Source of the DNA: a virus
Length of the DNA stretch: 64,000 nt
Virus genome (UHGV): UHGV-2113617
Strand: one strand, 5' to 3'
The notes under the pieces are model-generated. The model made no database searches and had not been told where the DNA came from. It saw only the letters and a program-made list of their open reading frames with translations. Shown in pieces: positions 48,102-57,910 of the stretch (the stretch's first letter is position 1; each line of letters begins with the position of its first letter). A program made the translations under genes and the position numbers.

Positions 48102-48361
48102 TTAAAGTATTCCCGCAATTGGTCAAATCCACCAATATGACTTCCGTCAGGAGCAAATACCTGAGGCATCGTCAATCCGATTTGAGTATCACGACCCAGT
48201 TTAGTCAGAAGCTCAGCGATTTTCTCATCATCAAAAACACCTTTTTCCGGCATAATGTTGATAAATTCAAACGGCTGTTTCTTCACAGTCAAAAGACGTT
48301 TTGCATTATCGCAATACACACATTTGTGGATGTTGCTATCATAACCATATACTTTAAACAT
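48098..48361 (-). CDS. nrdC: thioredoxin/glutaredoxin NrdC
   Basis: 87 aa; CVYC redox motif; ATG 48359-48361. Confidence 0.85.
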   Translation of the reverse strand: MFKVYGYDSNIHKCVYCDNAKRLLTVKKQPFEFINIMPEKGVFDDEKIAELLTKLGRDTQIGLTMPQVFAPDGSHIGGFDQLREYFK

Positions 48362-48362
48362 A

Positions 48363-48584
48363 TTATTCCTTAATTCCTAGTACTTGTTTAAAAGTCTCGT
48401 CGTAATCAAGACTTTGGCCCGTTTGTTCTTTATGTTTGTATATAATATCACTTACTTCTGATAGCATATTTTTATATGAACGAGTTAAAGCAGATTTAAG
48501 CACGCTGTATCTATCAGGAAATTTACCATGTTCATTATAATAAGCTATTGCTAATTCACGGACTGCCTTTTCAGCAGTCTCCAT
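48363..48584 (-). CDS. hypothetical protein (nrdC.1 position)
   Basis: ORF track 73 aa. Confidence 0.5.
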
Positions 48585-48593
48585 ATATATTCT

Positions 48594-48911
48594 TTACGCT
48601 TGGTCATTTTCTTCTCGGTTAAATCGGTGTTTGCAATGACGACATTTATATTCAAGCTCTGGTTTACGCCAGTTAATCAATTGGACCTGTTCAGTACCAC
48701 ATTTTGGGCAGTTCGGAACATTCTTAGAAGCCCTTTCGCGGCGTTCAACCATAACCATAATGGCATCCCAAGCAGGAGGTTTAAAGTCTAGATCGTCACA
48801 GCCATGAATCTTTCCACGCATTTCCAGATCGTCTTCTTCACCAGCCATAATGATTTTAATTAGACTGGAATTACTTGAAGCTGCAATATCTTCTAATAGA
48901 CGCTTTTTCAT
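48594..48911 (-). CDS. zinc-ribbon protein
   Basis: 105 aa; CPKCGTEQ...CRHCKH. Confidence 0.5.
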   Translation of the reverse strand: MKKRLLEDIAASSNSSLIKIIMAGEEDDLEMRGKIHGCDDLDFKPPAWDAIMVMVERRERASKNVPNCPKCGTEQVQLINWRKPELEYKCRHCKHRFNREENDQA

Positions 48912-49837
48912 TTCAATACCTCAATAGCATTACGTAAACCATTTGCTTTTGCATTAAGAGCTTTTAACAATTTGGTATGTTCGGCAATCTGGACTTCAAC
49001 TTCAATCAAACGAGCATTGAGATATTCACGTTCTTCGCTCAAGTTATCAATCTTTTCTACTTTAGGTTCTTTTACAACTGGCTTATATGTATTAGGGTTC
49101 TTCAGTTTAATTAGAATGCGTGAACTGTATAACATTGAACCATTATCTTCGGTTTCGTCATACATTTCCACTACGTCCATCATCTCCACCATCGTGCAGA
49201 GTTTATAAGACAACGAACGAATAGTTTTGTTGTGCTTATTAATTTCTCTAGCTGTCATGGTGCCGAGATTACGTGAGTAATAATAAGGAACCTGGATATT
49301 AATTAATACTGATGAACCACCTGGCTTGTGTGTTACTTCATCAGCAATAACCCAGTCCTTAACATGAACTGTATTTGTACGGTCATCGCCGGCGGTAAAT
49401 AGTTTACGAGCATGCTTAAAAAGCATATTCACTTGGTCATTGAATTGACAAGTGAATTTATCAGCAAATTTAGTTTCAGGAATGGTAGATAACCAATCAG
49501 CCAAATGGGTCTTTTTAACATCGTTAACAATAGTAAATTCAACCAAATCGGTTATAGATGTCGCAGATTTAATGAAGCTCGGCTTCATAAAGTTTTTAAT
49601 GTTATCACTAGCTACAGTAGAAGATAACAGACGAGAACGTTTAAACCATTGAAGCAAATTGCCTAACGAATGAGAATAAGCGTTTTGAGTATCTTTACAG
49701 ATATGATTTTCCTGGCCAACATATTGAAAGAAATCACGAAGAATATTATTGATTACTGCTCTGTGCCCAATCTGATAATTACGGTGTTTAGTAATAAGAC
49801 TATCAAAATAATCAATATAATGTTTACGAGTTTTCAT
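48908..49837 (-). CDS. hypothetical protein, paralog family member 1 (C-terminal coiled coil)
   Basis: 309 aa; ATG 49835-49837; N-term MKTRKHY; C-term LNARLIEVEVQIAEHTKLLKALNAKANGLRNAIEVLK. Confidence 0.6.
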   Translation of the reverse strand: MKTRKHYIDYFDSLITKHRNYQIGHRAVINNILRDFFQYVGQENHICKDTQNAYSHSLGNLLQWFKRSRLLSSTVASDNIKNFMKPSFIKSATSITDLVEFTIVNDVKKTHLADWLSTIPETKFADKFTCQFNDQVNMLFKHARKLFTAGDDRTNTVHVKDWVIADEVTHKPGGSSVLINIQVPYYYSRNLGTMTAREINKHNKTIRSLSYKLCTMVEMMDVVEMYDETEDNGSMLYSSRILIKLKNPNTYKPVVKEPKVEKIDNLSEEREYLNARLIEVEVQIAEHTKLLKALNAKANGLRNAIEVLK

Positions 49838-49889
49838 GTTCTTCTCACTTGGTTAATGATTTATACTCCGAGCCATCCTTGGCTTTAAA

Positions 49890-50891
49890 TTACTTAATTA
49901 ACTGTAAAGCTTGTTCAAGACGATCCAGGCGATTAACAGATTCTTCCCAAATCCTTTTAGCCTGTTCATATTCTTTCTGCGCTTTATTAGAAATTTCTAG
50001 AGCTTCTTTATAAGCTTTTTCTAATGCAATAACTTCTGGACGAATTTCTACCGATTCAGGTGAATCATCAAGATTATCCATTAGTTCCTCAAGGGTAGTT
50101 TCTTCTTTAGGAGTATTCACAATTTCTTCGCATTTTTGTTGGTAAATTTCTTTATCAGTTAGTGAATAAGCACACTTTACTTCACGAAGACTAACTACAA
50201 TTTTGTATCCTTCCCAACCGCACACATTCTTAAAAGGATAAGTATGAATATTTTCTACTGTTTCCATACAAAGTAGTGCAGTCTCTAATTGACGAGTTAT
50301 ATCACTAGCAATTGAGAAAAATTTATTAATGTTCTTTTGATTAGCTTCTGGTGTAAAAAATTCATAATTCACAAAAATAGCTGCTTTATTTTTATCAAGC
50401 TCATATTCTTTTATGATAATCATATCAGAAGCCCAAGGATGAATTTGACGATAATCGCCATAGCATAATTTAGAAGCTGATTTTAGAATTTGCTTTTTGA
50501 AAAGTCTGAAATTACTAATCCAACGACGAGTAAAAATATTCTCAGGGTCTTCTTTATTATTAAGATGATAAGAATTAACATCACCGAACCAATTATATCC
50601 TACTACATCTTTAGTTCGTTTAATTTCTTTCCCAAATTTACCAAGAATATCCTGATTAACTAAATATGAAAGAAGACGAGAACCTTTAAAGGTTTCCTTA
50701 ATATCATCTTTATCTTCGCGACTAGAAATTTTATGAACTTCATGAATAAATTTGCTGGAAGAAACAATGCTTACATCAATATTATTTAGCCATTGATTGA
50801 TAATGGAAATAACGCTATTCTGACTAGACATAAGTTTAACTTTATCATCAATAACACTATTGAATGATTTGATATATTCGTTACGAGTCAT
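49890..50891 (-). CDS. hypothetical protein, paralog family member 2
   Basis: 333 aa from ATG 50889-50891 with GAGGAG SD (track start lies inside the promoter); C-terminal coiled coil. Confidence 0.6.
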   Translation of the reverse strand: MTRNEYIKSFNSVIDDKVKLMSSQNSVISIINQWLNNIDVSIVSSSKFIHEVHKISSREDKDDIKETFKGSRLLSYLVNQDILGKFGKEIKRTKDVVGYNWFGDVNSYHLNNKEDPENIFTRRWISNFRLFKKQILKSASKLCYGDYRQIHPWASDMIIIKEYELDKNKAAIFVNYEFFTPEANQKNINKFFSIASDITRQLETALLCMETVENIHTYPFKNVCGWEGYKIVVSLREVKCAYSLTDKEIYQQKCEEIVNTPKEETTLEELMDNLDDSPESVEIRPEVIALEKAYKEALEISNKAQKEYEQAKRIWEESVNRLDRLEQALQLIK

Positions 50892-50918
50892 ATTAATCTC
50901 CTCAGTAAAAAGTAAGAA

Positions 50919-50949
50919 CATTATACCACATCCTTGTGGTAAAGTAAAC
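50919..50949 (-). promoter_or_regulatory. early promoter inside the paralog array
   Basis: GTTTACtttaccacaaggatgtggTATAAT; duplicate of the 7395-7426 promoter. Confidence 0.6.
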
Positions 50950-51980
50950 TAGTTCAGTGCATTTAGTGCATTGTTCAGTTTAGAACGTTGCTTCGTGAGA
51001 TTTTTGACTTTTTCTTGAGCTTTTTCTAGCGTCTTTTCAGCTTCTAGCACTTCATTAGTTGCTTTAACGAGTTCATCATCTACTGCCTTGATAGACTTCT
51101 CAATCGCATCTGCATGCCATTTTTCAACAGGTTTAAGACTCGGATTTTCAATAGGAAGAAAATTCACTTTATTGAATTTCCATGCATCCTTATTACCTGA
51201 ACTATACATCCAAAATTTAGGATCGTTTGATGAGTAATTGGATAAATTTAAATTTAAGTTATCTTGCACTTCCTGCTTTTTCTCTTGTGTGACTTCGTCC
51301 TTTCTCAAAAAATCGTATTTAAATGAAACGATCATATCAAGTTCATATGTTGTTGTATGTTCCCAATTTCGCTCAAAATGAGGTAAAATCTTAGACTGAA
51401 CAGCGGCAACAACATCCATATACTTAAATGCTTCTGTCAACTGCGATTTAAGGCATTCACAAATTGAAAGAGAATTTTTTGTATTAGGTTTAAAGCTAAT
51501 TCGTGCAGTTCTATTATTTTCTTTTAATGGTCTTACTTCCATCTGAAGAGTATAACCATCAAATTTCAGATTCTTTAAGTTAATATCAGAACCTTTTAAT
51601 CGACTCGCAGTTGATAAAATTTGCTTTAATTGTCTACGGAACAGAGCAATAAATCTCCATTCAATACGATAATGATTTGGATTGAAAAATCCAGATGATA
51701 AATCGACCTTACTTTGACCAACGCCTTGAACAAATAGAGGATTTTTATAATCAATAGTTTTACAGAAATCGGTGAGCTGCTCACGAGCCGTCATTTGTGT
51801 AATATACCCTGCTTTACTAAAATTACGCACCCATTCACTACTGCTATTCTTATACTTAAAGTGATGAATAGCATGATTAACTTTATCAGGGTCTAAATTA
51901 TTTTCACACAAAAATGTCATAACATCACGAGTATAGCTGGCTCTACGAACTATATCTTCAATTTGAGAACGAGTTTTCAT
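50949..51980 (-). CDS. hypothetical protein, paralog family member 3
   Basis: 343 aa; ATG 51978-51980; N-term MKTRSQIEDI; C-terminal coiled coil. Confidence 0.6.
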   Translation of the reverse strand: MKTRSQIEDIVRRASYTRDVMTFLCENNLDPDKVNHAIHHFKYKNSSSEWVRNFSKAGYITQMTAREQLTDFCKTIDYKNPLFVQGVGQSKVDLSSGFFNPNHYRIEWRFIALFRRQLKQILSTASRLKGSDINLKNLKFDGYTLQMEVRPLKENNRTARISFKPNTKNSLSICECLKSQLTEAFKYMDVVAAVQSKILPHFERNWEHTTTYELDMIVSFKYDFLRKDEVTQEKKQEVQDNLNLNLSNYSSNDPKFWMYSSGNKDAWKFNKVNFLPIENPSLKPVEKWHADAIEKSIKAVDDELVKATNEVLEAEKTLEKAQEKVKNLTKQRSKLNNALNALN

Positions 51981-51988
51981 GGTATTCC

Positions 51989-52921
51989 TTAAGATTTAAG
52001 TAAATCAACAATTTTAATTAACTTTTCACGCTCAGATTTAGCTTTACTACTCAATCCAGATAGTCTGAAAATTTCATCGTCATACTGTTGAATAGAAATA
52101 TTCAGCTCTTCAATCTGCTTATTAAAATAATCAATTTGTTCAGAATGTTTTTCGTTACTACGAACCAGTACAGGTTTTGTAGGCAATTTAGTTGAACTGG
52201 ATTCATCCGGGCGATAAATTAAAATACAACTTGAACCAATAGGGCATTTAGCACCAGATGAATATTCTAGTGTTCCAGCTTCTTTTAAAACTTCAAAAGC
52301 TAAACAGAGATGATGACCCATATTGACATAATCTGTAGAGCGAGCTCTGATGTAATAATCATCTCCACGAATACTAAATTTAAAGCATTTAAGGTCTTCT
52401 GTATTATTGGTCTTAAAAATCATTTGTTTATCTAGACCTTTAGCTAATCGAGCGCCCAATGCTAATAATCGTCGTTGATTTTCCCACAAATCCGCAATCA
52501 TTTGGTCAAATGATAATTTCGGCATTAATCGACCATAAAGGTCATATCCTTTATTATAATTACGAAGGATTTCACTCGCATTAATGCGAGACAACGCTCC
52601 AATTTTATTAAGGGCTTTCATAATGCGATTAGATAAACTCATTCCAGACCCATTTGTTCGCTGTAGATGTTTTTCTAATCCAAACCCAATATCAACTTTA
52701 AATTTATCTAAAATTTCGGCATGAACATCTCTGTCAATAACGTTCAAATTCAGAGTTGGGTTAAATCTATGAAAAAATTTATCTGGCTCTCCACGACGAA
52801 ATACAGTCCATTCATTCATCATTTTTTTATTAACTAAAGATTTAATTACTGTATTGACATTATTAATTACTACTGACATATTTTCCTCACTCAATTTCAA
52901 TTTTAATTTTACTAAATACAC
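51989..52921 (-). CDS. hypothetical protein, paralog family member 4
   Basis: ORF track 310 aa; C-terminal coiled coil IEELNISIQQYDDEIFRL... Confidence 0.55.
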   Translation of the reverse strand: MYLVKLKLKLSEENMSVVINNVNTVIKSLVNKKMMNEWTVFRRGEPDKFFHRFNPTLNLNVIDRDVHAEILDKFKVDIGFGLEKHLQRTNGSGMSLSNRIMKALNKIGALSRINASEILRNYNKGYDLYGRLMPKLSFDQMIADLWENQRRLLALGARLAKGLDKQMIFKTNNTEDLKCFKFSIRGDDYYIRARSTDYVNMGHHLCLAFEVLKEAGTLEYSSGAKCPIGSSCILIYRPDESSSTKLPTKPVLVRSNEKHSEQIDYFNKQIEELNISIQQYDDEIFRLSGLSSKAKSEREKLIKIVDLLKS

Positions 52922-53300
52922 AGAATATGATGGAAAAGACTATATAAGCACCACACACAGATTGAACTAATACCATTCCAAAGAACCAAACAATATTATC
53001 AAACAATGTCTGTTTTACGTCGAAAGGACGTAAACTTACAGTAATATTATCACCTTTTTCTATTGAAGAATACATCTCTGGGGAAATATATTCACTAAAT
53101 CTATAACCGTCTTCGAGTTCATATACGGCAATAAACGATAAACTAGACCCCTTTCCTTGAGTTCCTGTAAAGGTATTAACTACAGTAACATCATAATCTT
53201 TATAATGCATATAATCATTAATTGCGTAATAACCATATGCAACTACTATACATAAACAACATATCAATAAATTCAATCTTTTAATTATCAACCGTTTCAT
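52887..53300 (-). CDS. membrane protein
   Basis: ORF track 137 aa; N- and C-terminal hydrophobic helices. Confidence 0.5.
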   Translation of the reverse strand: MKRLIIKRLNLLICCLCIVVAYGYYAINDYMHYKDYDVTVVNTFTGTQGKGSSLSFIAVYELEDGYRFSEYISPEMYSSIEKGDNITVSLRPFDVKQTLFDNIVWFFGMVLVQSVCGAYIVFSIIFCVFSKIKIEIE

Positions 53301-53355
53301 AATAATCTCAATTAAAAGGGCTTAGAACCATTATACCATCCTTGGTATAAAGCGG

Positions 53356-53883
53356 TTATGCGAGTACCGTCTTTAACCGTTCTTCAAACTTCCGAAGAGT
53401 ATTTTGGCGTTCAGCTCTTTGCTTTTTGTAAGTTTCAATACGCTCTGAAATGAGAGAGTATCGTTCATTTACTGATTCTTTCATAAAATCAGGAATTTCA
53501 CGAGAAGCTTTAATCTCGTCAAATTTATCAATAACAGCTTGCTCTTCAGCAATTAAGTTATCATACATTAAAATATCTTTCTTGATGAACTCAATATCTT
53601 CTTGAGTTACACGAGACATTTTAGATGCTTTATCATTTTTGTACTGTTCGTTAGTATCACGAGACCAGTGTAATGTACGATTTTTATTCGTATTCTTGTA
53701 AATTTCTACAATACCGATCTCATCAATAATAACGATCCAATTCCAACGGGATTTGTAAATTTGTCCTCCATCAACAGTGATTTCACCTCCGATTGAGATG
53801 TCGTTAAAGAACTTGCTTTGCGCTTCAGATTTAAATTTGCCATCGTTGTAATTTACCAAGTTGAAAATATCTTTAGCGTTCAT
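53356..53883 (-). CDS. hypothetical protein
   Basis: 175 aa; ATG 53881-53883 after CGGAGGAACAGAAA; early promoter upstream. Confidence 0.55.
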   Translation of the reverse strand: MNAKDIFNLVNYNDGKFKSEAQSKFFNDISIGGEITVDGGQIYKSRWNWIVIIDEIGIVEIYKNTNKNRTLHWSRDTNEQYKNDKASKMSRVTQEDIEFIKKDILMYDNLIAEEQAVIDKFDEIKASREIPDFMKESVNERYSLISERIETYKKQRAERQNTLRKFEERLKTVLA

Positions 53884-53909
53884 TTTCTGTTCCTCCGTAG
53901 TTGATAGTT

Positions 53910-53941
53910 GTATAGTACCACAGAGGAACAGTCTTGTAAAC
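53910..53941 (-). promoter_or_regulatory. early promoter
   Basis: GTTTACAagactgttcctctgtggTACTAT; same cassette as 2394-2427. Confidence 0.55.
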
Positions 53942-53943
53942 CA

Positions 53944-54258
53944 CTAAAAGAAACTTCTTTCACAATTTTTTCCACTGAACCATGCGCTTACTGCTTTCTT
54001 AGTCTCAGGAGCAGTGTTATCCATAAACCATTCAAAGGCAGCCTTTTTATGATTCTGGAGGGCTTCTCGGGCTTTAATCTGCTCACGGTCTATTAACACT
54101 AACATATGAGCCTTTCTTGTCACCATGGGCTTCTTATGATTTTTTGAATACTCCCAGTCATTTGTCCATCGCATTGTCGTTGCGAACTGAAATACTGCTT
54201 CTTTAATTTTAGTTTCGTAAATTTCACGAGCCTTTGAGTATAACATCACTACCTCCAT
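53944..54258 (-). CDS. hypothetical protein
   Basis: ORF track 104 aa. Confidence 0.5.
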   Translation of the reverse strand: MEVVMLYSKAREIYETKIKEAVFQFATTMRWTNDWEYSKNHKKPMVTRKAHMLVLIDREQIKAREALQNHKKAAFEWFMDNTAPETKKAVSAWFSGKNCERSFF

Positions 54259-54347
54259 TCACCAGTTTAATTCTAGTCATCTTTTTAATGGCAGTCCATA
54301 TAATCTATTTCTGAACTGCCTTTTTGTCATAGAAGTCCTCTTATGAA

Positions 54348-55334
54348 TTATTTCAGAAGAGTAACCTCAGCAATTTCTTCCCAACCGTTTTTGTCGGTCA
54401 TAATAAAGTCAGCAAGATAAAGAGCAGTACGCAGTGAAACATTGCGTAAACGATTAACATTAACTTTCATCCATGATAATGCTTTATAAGTTTCTTCATC
54501 AGAAAGACCGCGCTTTTGCATCATGTCAGTTGAAAGAATAACATCTTCAACCCTGACCATAATTTCTTCATTAGTGTGAACACCCAAATCTAAATAAACT
54601 GAGCGGGACACTAATGCTTGTAAATGTGGAGCAAGTTTAGTACCACGGTCTAATTCGCGGTCAATGTCAACGTTTGTGATAAAAACAATCGTTCCTTTAA
54701 ATTCAAACTCACGGTCAATGCCTTTTTCTTCTAAGTAAGAAGATGCAGTGCTCCAGCAGACTTTACGGGTCTCTCCAGTGTCCAGAGCAGCTTTTAGAAG
54801 ATTAAGAATGTCCATATCAGAGAAAACATCCACATCATCAATCAAAAGGACAGAATTCTCTTCACGATTATTCCAAAGCTGTTCATAAAGACCAATACCA
54901 GAGATTTTACCGTTAATGCTTTTATATTCAATGTATCCATTATCATTTGCTTTATTTAAAGCTTTATCTAAAGAATACGTTTTACCAATACCTGCTGCGC
55001 CAGAGATAATCAATGAACGAATATTTCCATTAATAATACCATTCGTCATCATTCCCATAACATTAAATCTTTTATTAATGCGGGTTTTCATATCTTCATA
55101 TGATTCTTTAACTTCTTCAACTTTTACACCATCATATGAAATATCTGATTTGTAAACCCAAACACCGCGACGTTTACCGTCAATTTCAACAAAAACTTTA
55201 CCATCTCCTTGTGCATCTACCGGAGCATTATCTGGGAACCATTCGCCTAAGAGCTCAAAAGTTCCAGAGATTTCTTTACCGAAGTAGATACCCTTATTGA
55301 TAGTTACAGTTTTCATTTTATTCTCCAATTTCAC
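54348..55334 (-). CDS. P-loop ATPase (AAA-like)
   Basis: 328 aa; Walker A GAAGIGKTYS, Walker B-like VLLIDDVD. Confidence 0.65.
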   Translation of the reverse strand: MKLENKMKTVTINKGIYFGKEISGTFELLGEWFPDNAPVDAQGDGKVFVEIDGKRRGVWVYKSDISYDGVKVEEVKESYEDMKTRINKRFNVMGMMTNGIINGNIRSLIISGAAGIGKTYSLDKALNKANDNGYIEYKSINGKISGIGLYEQLWNNREENSVLLIDDVDVFSDMDILNLLKAALDTGETRKVCWSTASSYLEEKGIDREFEFKGTIVFITNVDIDRELDRGTKLAPHLQALVSRSVYLDLGVHTNEEIMVRVEDVILSTDMMQKRGLSDEETYKALSWMKVNVNRLRNVSLRTALYLADFIMTDKNGWEEIAEVTLLK

Positions 55335-55385
55335 ATTTGTTTTGATAGGGTAATAGTATCACACTACTACCCTACTGTAAACAAT

Positions 55386-55649
55386 TTATTTTAATGTTCG
55401 CCAAATTTTTACTGCTTCGCGACGAGATACTTCTACAGCTCCAAGTTCTACGGCTTTTTGGCGGTGGCGCGCGTGTAAGTCATAATGTTTAATGCGTTTA
55501 TCTTGAAACCAAGAGCGTTTCATTCCTATTGCTTCTGCCATTTCATGAAGCTCTTCAATATCTCCATCAGTGAACATATGACAATTTTTAGTTGGATGAC
55601 CGCGAAGTTTCCATCCATGATTCATTAAAACATCTACGTAAACTGTCAT
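55386..55649 (-). CDS. hypothetical protein
   Basis: ORF track 87 aa. Confidence 0.5.
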   Translation of the reverse strand: MTVYVDVLMNHGWKLRGHPTKNCHMFTDGDIEELHEMAEAIGMKRSWFQDKRIKHYDLHARHRQKAVELGAVEVSRREAVKIWRTLK

Positions 55650-55795
55650 TGATTCTGCTCCAAATATGTTTCTATAATTTTCTGAGCGAGATAAACTGCG
55701 TTATCTTCAGTTGCATCTTCTAAGAAATTTTCAAAACAAGCTGAAATCTCTTCTGTGTCAATCAACTTTTTTACTTCAATTAACGTAGTTTTCAT
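55646..55795 (-). CDS. hypothetical small protein (49 aa)
   Basis: Internal ATG after GGGGGAATAAA; track start overlaps promoter -10. Confidence 0.35.
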   Translation of the reverse strand: MKTTLIEVKKLIDTEEISACFENFLEDATEDNAVYLAQKIIETYLEQNQ

Positions 55796-55828
55796 TTTAT
55801 TCCCCCAAATCCACATCAGTTGATAGTT

Positions 55829-55860
55829 GTATAGTACCATAAAGCTTTATGCTTGTAAAC
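55829..55860 (-). promoter_or_regulatory. early promoter
   Basis: GTTTACAagcataaagctttatggTACTAT. Confidence 0.5.
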
Positions 55861-55888
55861 AACTTTGTGACGTCATTTTAAACAAAAA

Positions 55889-55907
55889 GGGAGACCGAAG
55901 GCTCCCT
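55889..55907 (-). terminator. hairpin with U-tract after nucleotidyltransferase ORF
   Basis: GGGAGACCGAAGGCTCCC preceded on plus strand by AACAAAAA. Confidence 0.45.
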
Positions 55908-55908
55908 A

Positions 55909-56922
55909 TCATTTATAATAACTTCGGTGGTTTTCAAGATATACCTCTTCAACGAACTTGTCCCAGAACTTCATGTCTACCTTATCAGGCATACCGTTCT
56001 TAGCTGCCTGGATGGCTAGGACTTCAACCAAATCAACAGTATCTTCAAGAAGTTCTTGAACTTCTTTAAATGGTAATTCACCGGCTTTAATCAGCTTAAT
56101 GATAGAGGCTTCGCGCAATGGGAACGCCAAATCACCTGTTTGGTAGATTTCCATCAATTGATACCCTGCGCGATAAGCATGACTCAGAGCTTTCCAGTCA
56201 ATACCTTCATTAGCTTCAGCCTTACGAGCACGTTCACCATATTCCGCATCGAGCTTATTCAGAGATTGCTTGAGCTCGATTAAAGACAAGGTGGTTTGGT
56301 ACTTACGTCCAAGAACAGTATAGAACGTTTGAGGACCTGTTTTCTCGTGGTTATGGAATACCCATTCACAGAACTCGTTTTCAGGAAGCCGATGTTTAAT
56401 ATCTACAATTTTAGTACGACGTTGTCCTTGTGTTCCATCTTCTCGGTAATCAACCCACTGATCGGGGATTTGATTAACTACTTTCAATACATTACGCAAT
56501 GCAGCCAAACGAGAACCCTTAACACCATATTTAGAAGCTTGCTTGCGCACATATCCTAAATAGGCTTTCATGTTAGTTGTATAAAACCGTGAACGATTGT
56601 CTTGGATAAATTTCCATACATCAGGCAAATCAGATTTAACTACTAGTTCAGGCGGAGTGTGAAGCATATCCAATGCTACAGTTTCACCGTCTGCTGCTAA
56701 TTTAAAGAAATACTTAAGACTGTATAGTTCATGGTCAATATCATCTTTAGTGTTTTTAGATGATGTGTTGTTAGTGTTTTTACTCATATGCTCTTTAACA
56801 TTTCCGATAAGAATATCGCGAGCAGGAGGAACAAAGATTTCTTTAAAATCTACATCAGATTCTGGAGTAGAAGTTCCATAAAGATGACTACCAAAATAGC
56901 TTTTCATTACTGTTTTCATCAT
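55909..56922 (-). CDS. nucleotidyltransferase-fold protein (Pol-beta-like GS...DxD motif)
   Basis: 337 aa; N-term FGSHLYGTSTPESDVDF. Confidence 0.6.
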   Translation of the reverse strand: MMKTVMKSYFGSHLYGTSTPESDVDFKEIFVPPARDILIGNVKEHMSKNTNNTSSKNTKDDIDHELYSLKYFFKLAADGETVALDMLHTPPELVVKSDLPDVWKFIQDNRSRFYTTNMKAYLGYVRKQASKYGVKGSRLAALRNVLKVVNQIPDQWVDYREDGTQGQRRTKIVDIKHRLPENEFCEWVFHNHEKTGPQTFYTVLGRKYQTTLSLIELKQSLNKLDAEYGERARKAEANEGIDWKALSHAYRAGYQLMEIYQTGDLAFPLREASIIKLIKAGELPFKEVQELLEDTVDLVEVLAIQAAKNGMPDKVDMKFWDKFVEEVYLENHRSYYK

Positions 56923-57380
56923 TCAGCCTTATATTCAATAACAGGACATACTTTAGCTTTACGAGCTTTTAAAAATTCGACGATAATAGATTTCTTGGGT
57001 TGAATAGGAGGTAAACCTTTATACGCCCTATCAATATTTTCTACATGTAAAGCATAATCCTTTTTCCATTTATAATCTTTATATTTTTCATGCAGTTGTG
57101 CAGGAATAACAAATGAACCAATAATAAGTAAAACAAGCAAAATGGCAAGTACAAATGCTGATGGAATAAGAGTCCATAAACTACCAAAAATAAGCCATTT
57201 CTGTATGATTTCTGCACAGATGATAGTTAGACCTGCGAGTATAGTACATCCGAAAAAAGAAACGAAAAATGTAGGAATAACAATAGACCAAAAATACGCG
57301 CATAGTGTCTTAGGCCGTTTCCATTCATCATTAAACATTTTGAATAATTTATAGTGCCAAGAGCTTTCATTAATAATCAT
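56919..57380 (-). CDS. membrane protein
   Basis: ORF track 153 aa; three hydrophobic helices. Confidence 0.5.
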   Translation of the reverse strand: MIINESSWHYKLFKMFNDEWKRPKTLCAYFWSIVIPTFFVSFFGCTILAGLTIICAEIIQKWLIFGSLWTLIPSAFVLAILLVLLIIGSFVIPAQLHEKYKDYKWKKDYALHVENIDRAYKGLPPIQPKKSIIVEFLKARKAKVCPVIEYKAE

Positions 57381-57382
57381 AA

Positions 57383-57904
57383 TTATCCTTTCATTGAAGG
57401 TGTAACAGTTGTTAAATACTTAATCATAGCTTCAGATTCTGATTTTGATAATGAAATTTCTTCATTGTTTTGACGAATAGAAATAAAATCCGGATGACGG
57501 TCACGGCCAGCTTTCAAAACACACATATAAGTATCAGTTTCATCTTCAATATTTGAAATGATTGAAGCAGTTCCACATGAATGCGGTTTTTGATAAATCA
57601 ATACGGCTTTTCTTCCACCGTTTGACTGTTCATAAACTTTTAACACATCAAACAAATCACTTCTTTTATCAATAGCTAAGATGTTGTTTTCATCTTCAAT
57701 GTTAAATCCTTCGGATACTTCATAAAGTGTCACCCATAAATCGCCTATATCGATAGTAGCATTTACTTTTCCATGACTTTCAAGAGCATGACAAATTTTC
57801 TTAATTTCGTCATAACTCATTTTAATATTATCATCTCCTTGAATAAGGAAGATGTCATTTTTAAATTCAACACGAATTAAACCACTTTCACTTGAAATAA
57901 ACAT
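57383..57904 (-). CDS. hypothetical protein, paralog of next ORF
   Basis: 173 aa; shares GFNIEDENNILAI and C-terminal YLTTVTPSM with 57911-58462. Confidence 0.5.
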   Translation of the reverse strand: MFISSESGLIRVEFKNDIFLIQGDDNIKMSYDEIKKICHALESHGKVNATIDIGDLWVTLYEVSEGFNIEDENNILAIDKRSDLFDVLKVYEQSNGGRKAVLIYQKPHSCGTASIISNIEDETDTYMCVLKAGRDRHPDFISIRQNNEEISLSKSESEAMIKYLTTVTPSMKG

Positions 57905-57910
57905 ATTTCC

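Noticed and set aside
49860-49871. Late-promoter-like GTATAAATCA upstream of paralog 1
   Set aside because: One mismatch to TATAAATA and embedded in an early-gene context; only the soc upstream copy is an exact match.
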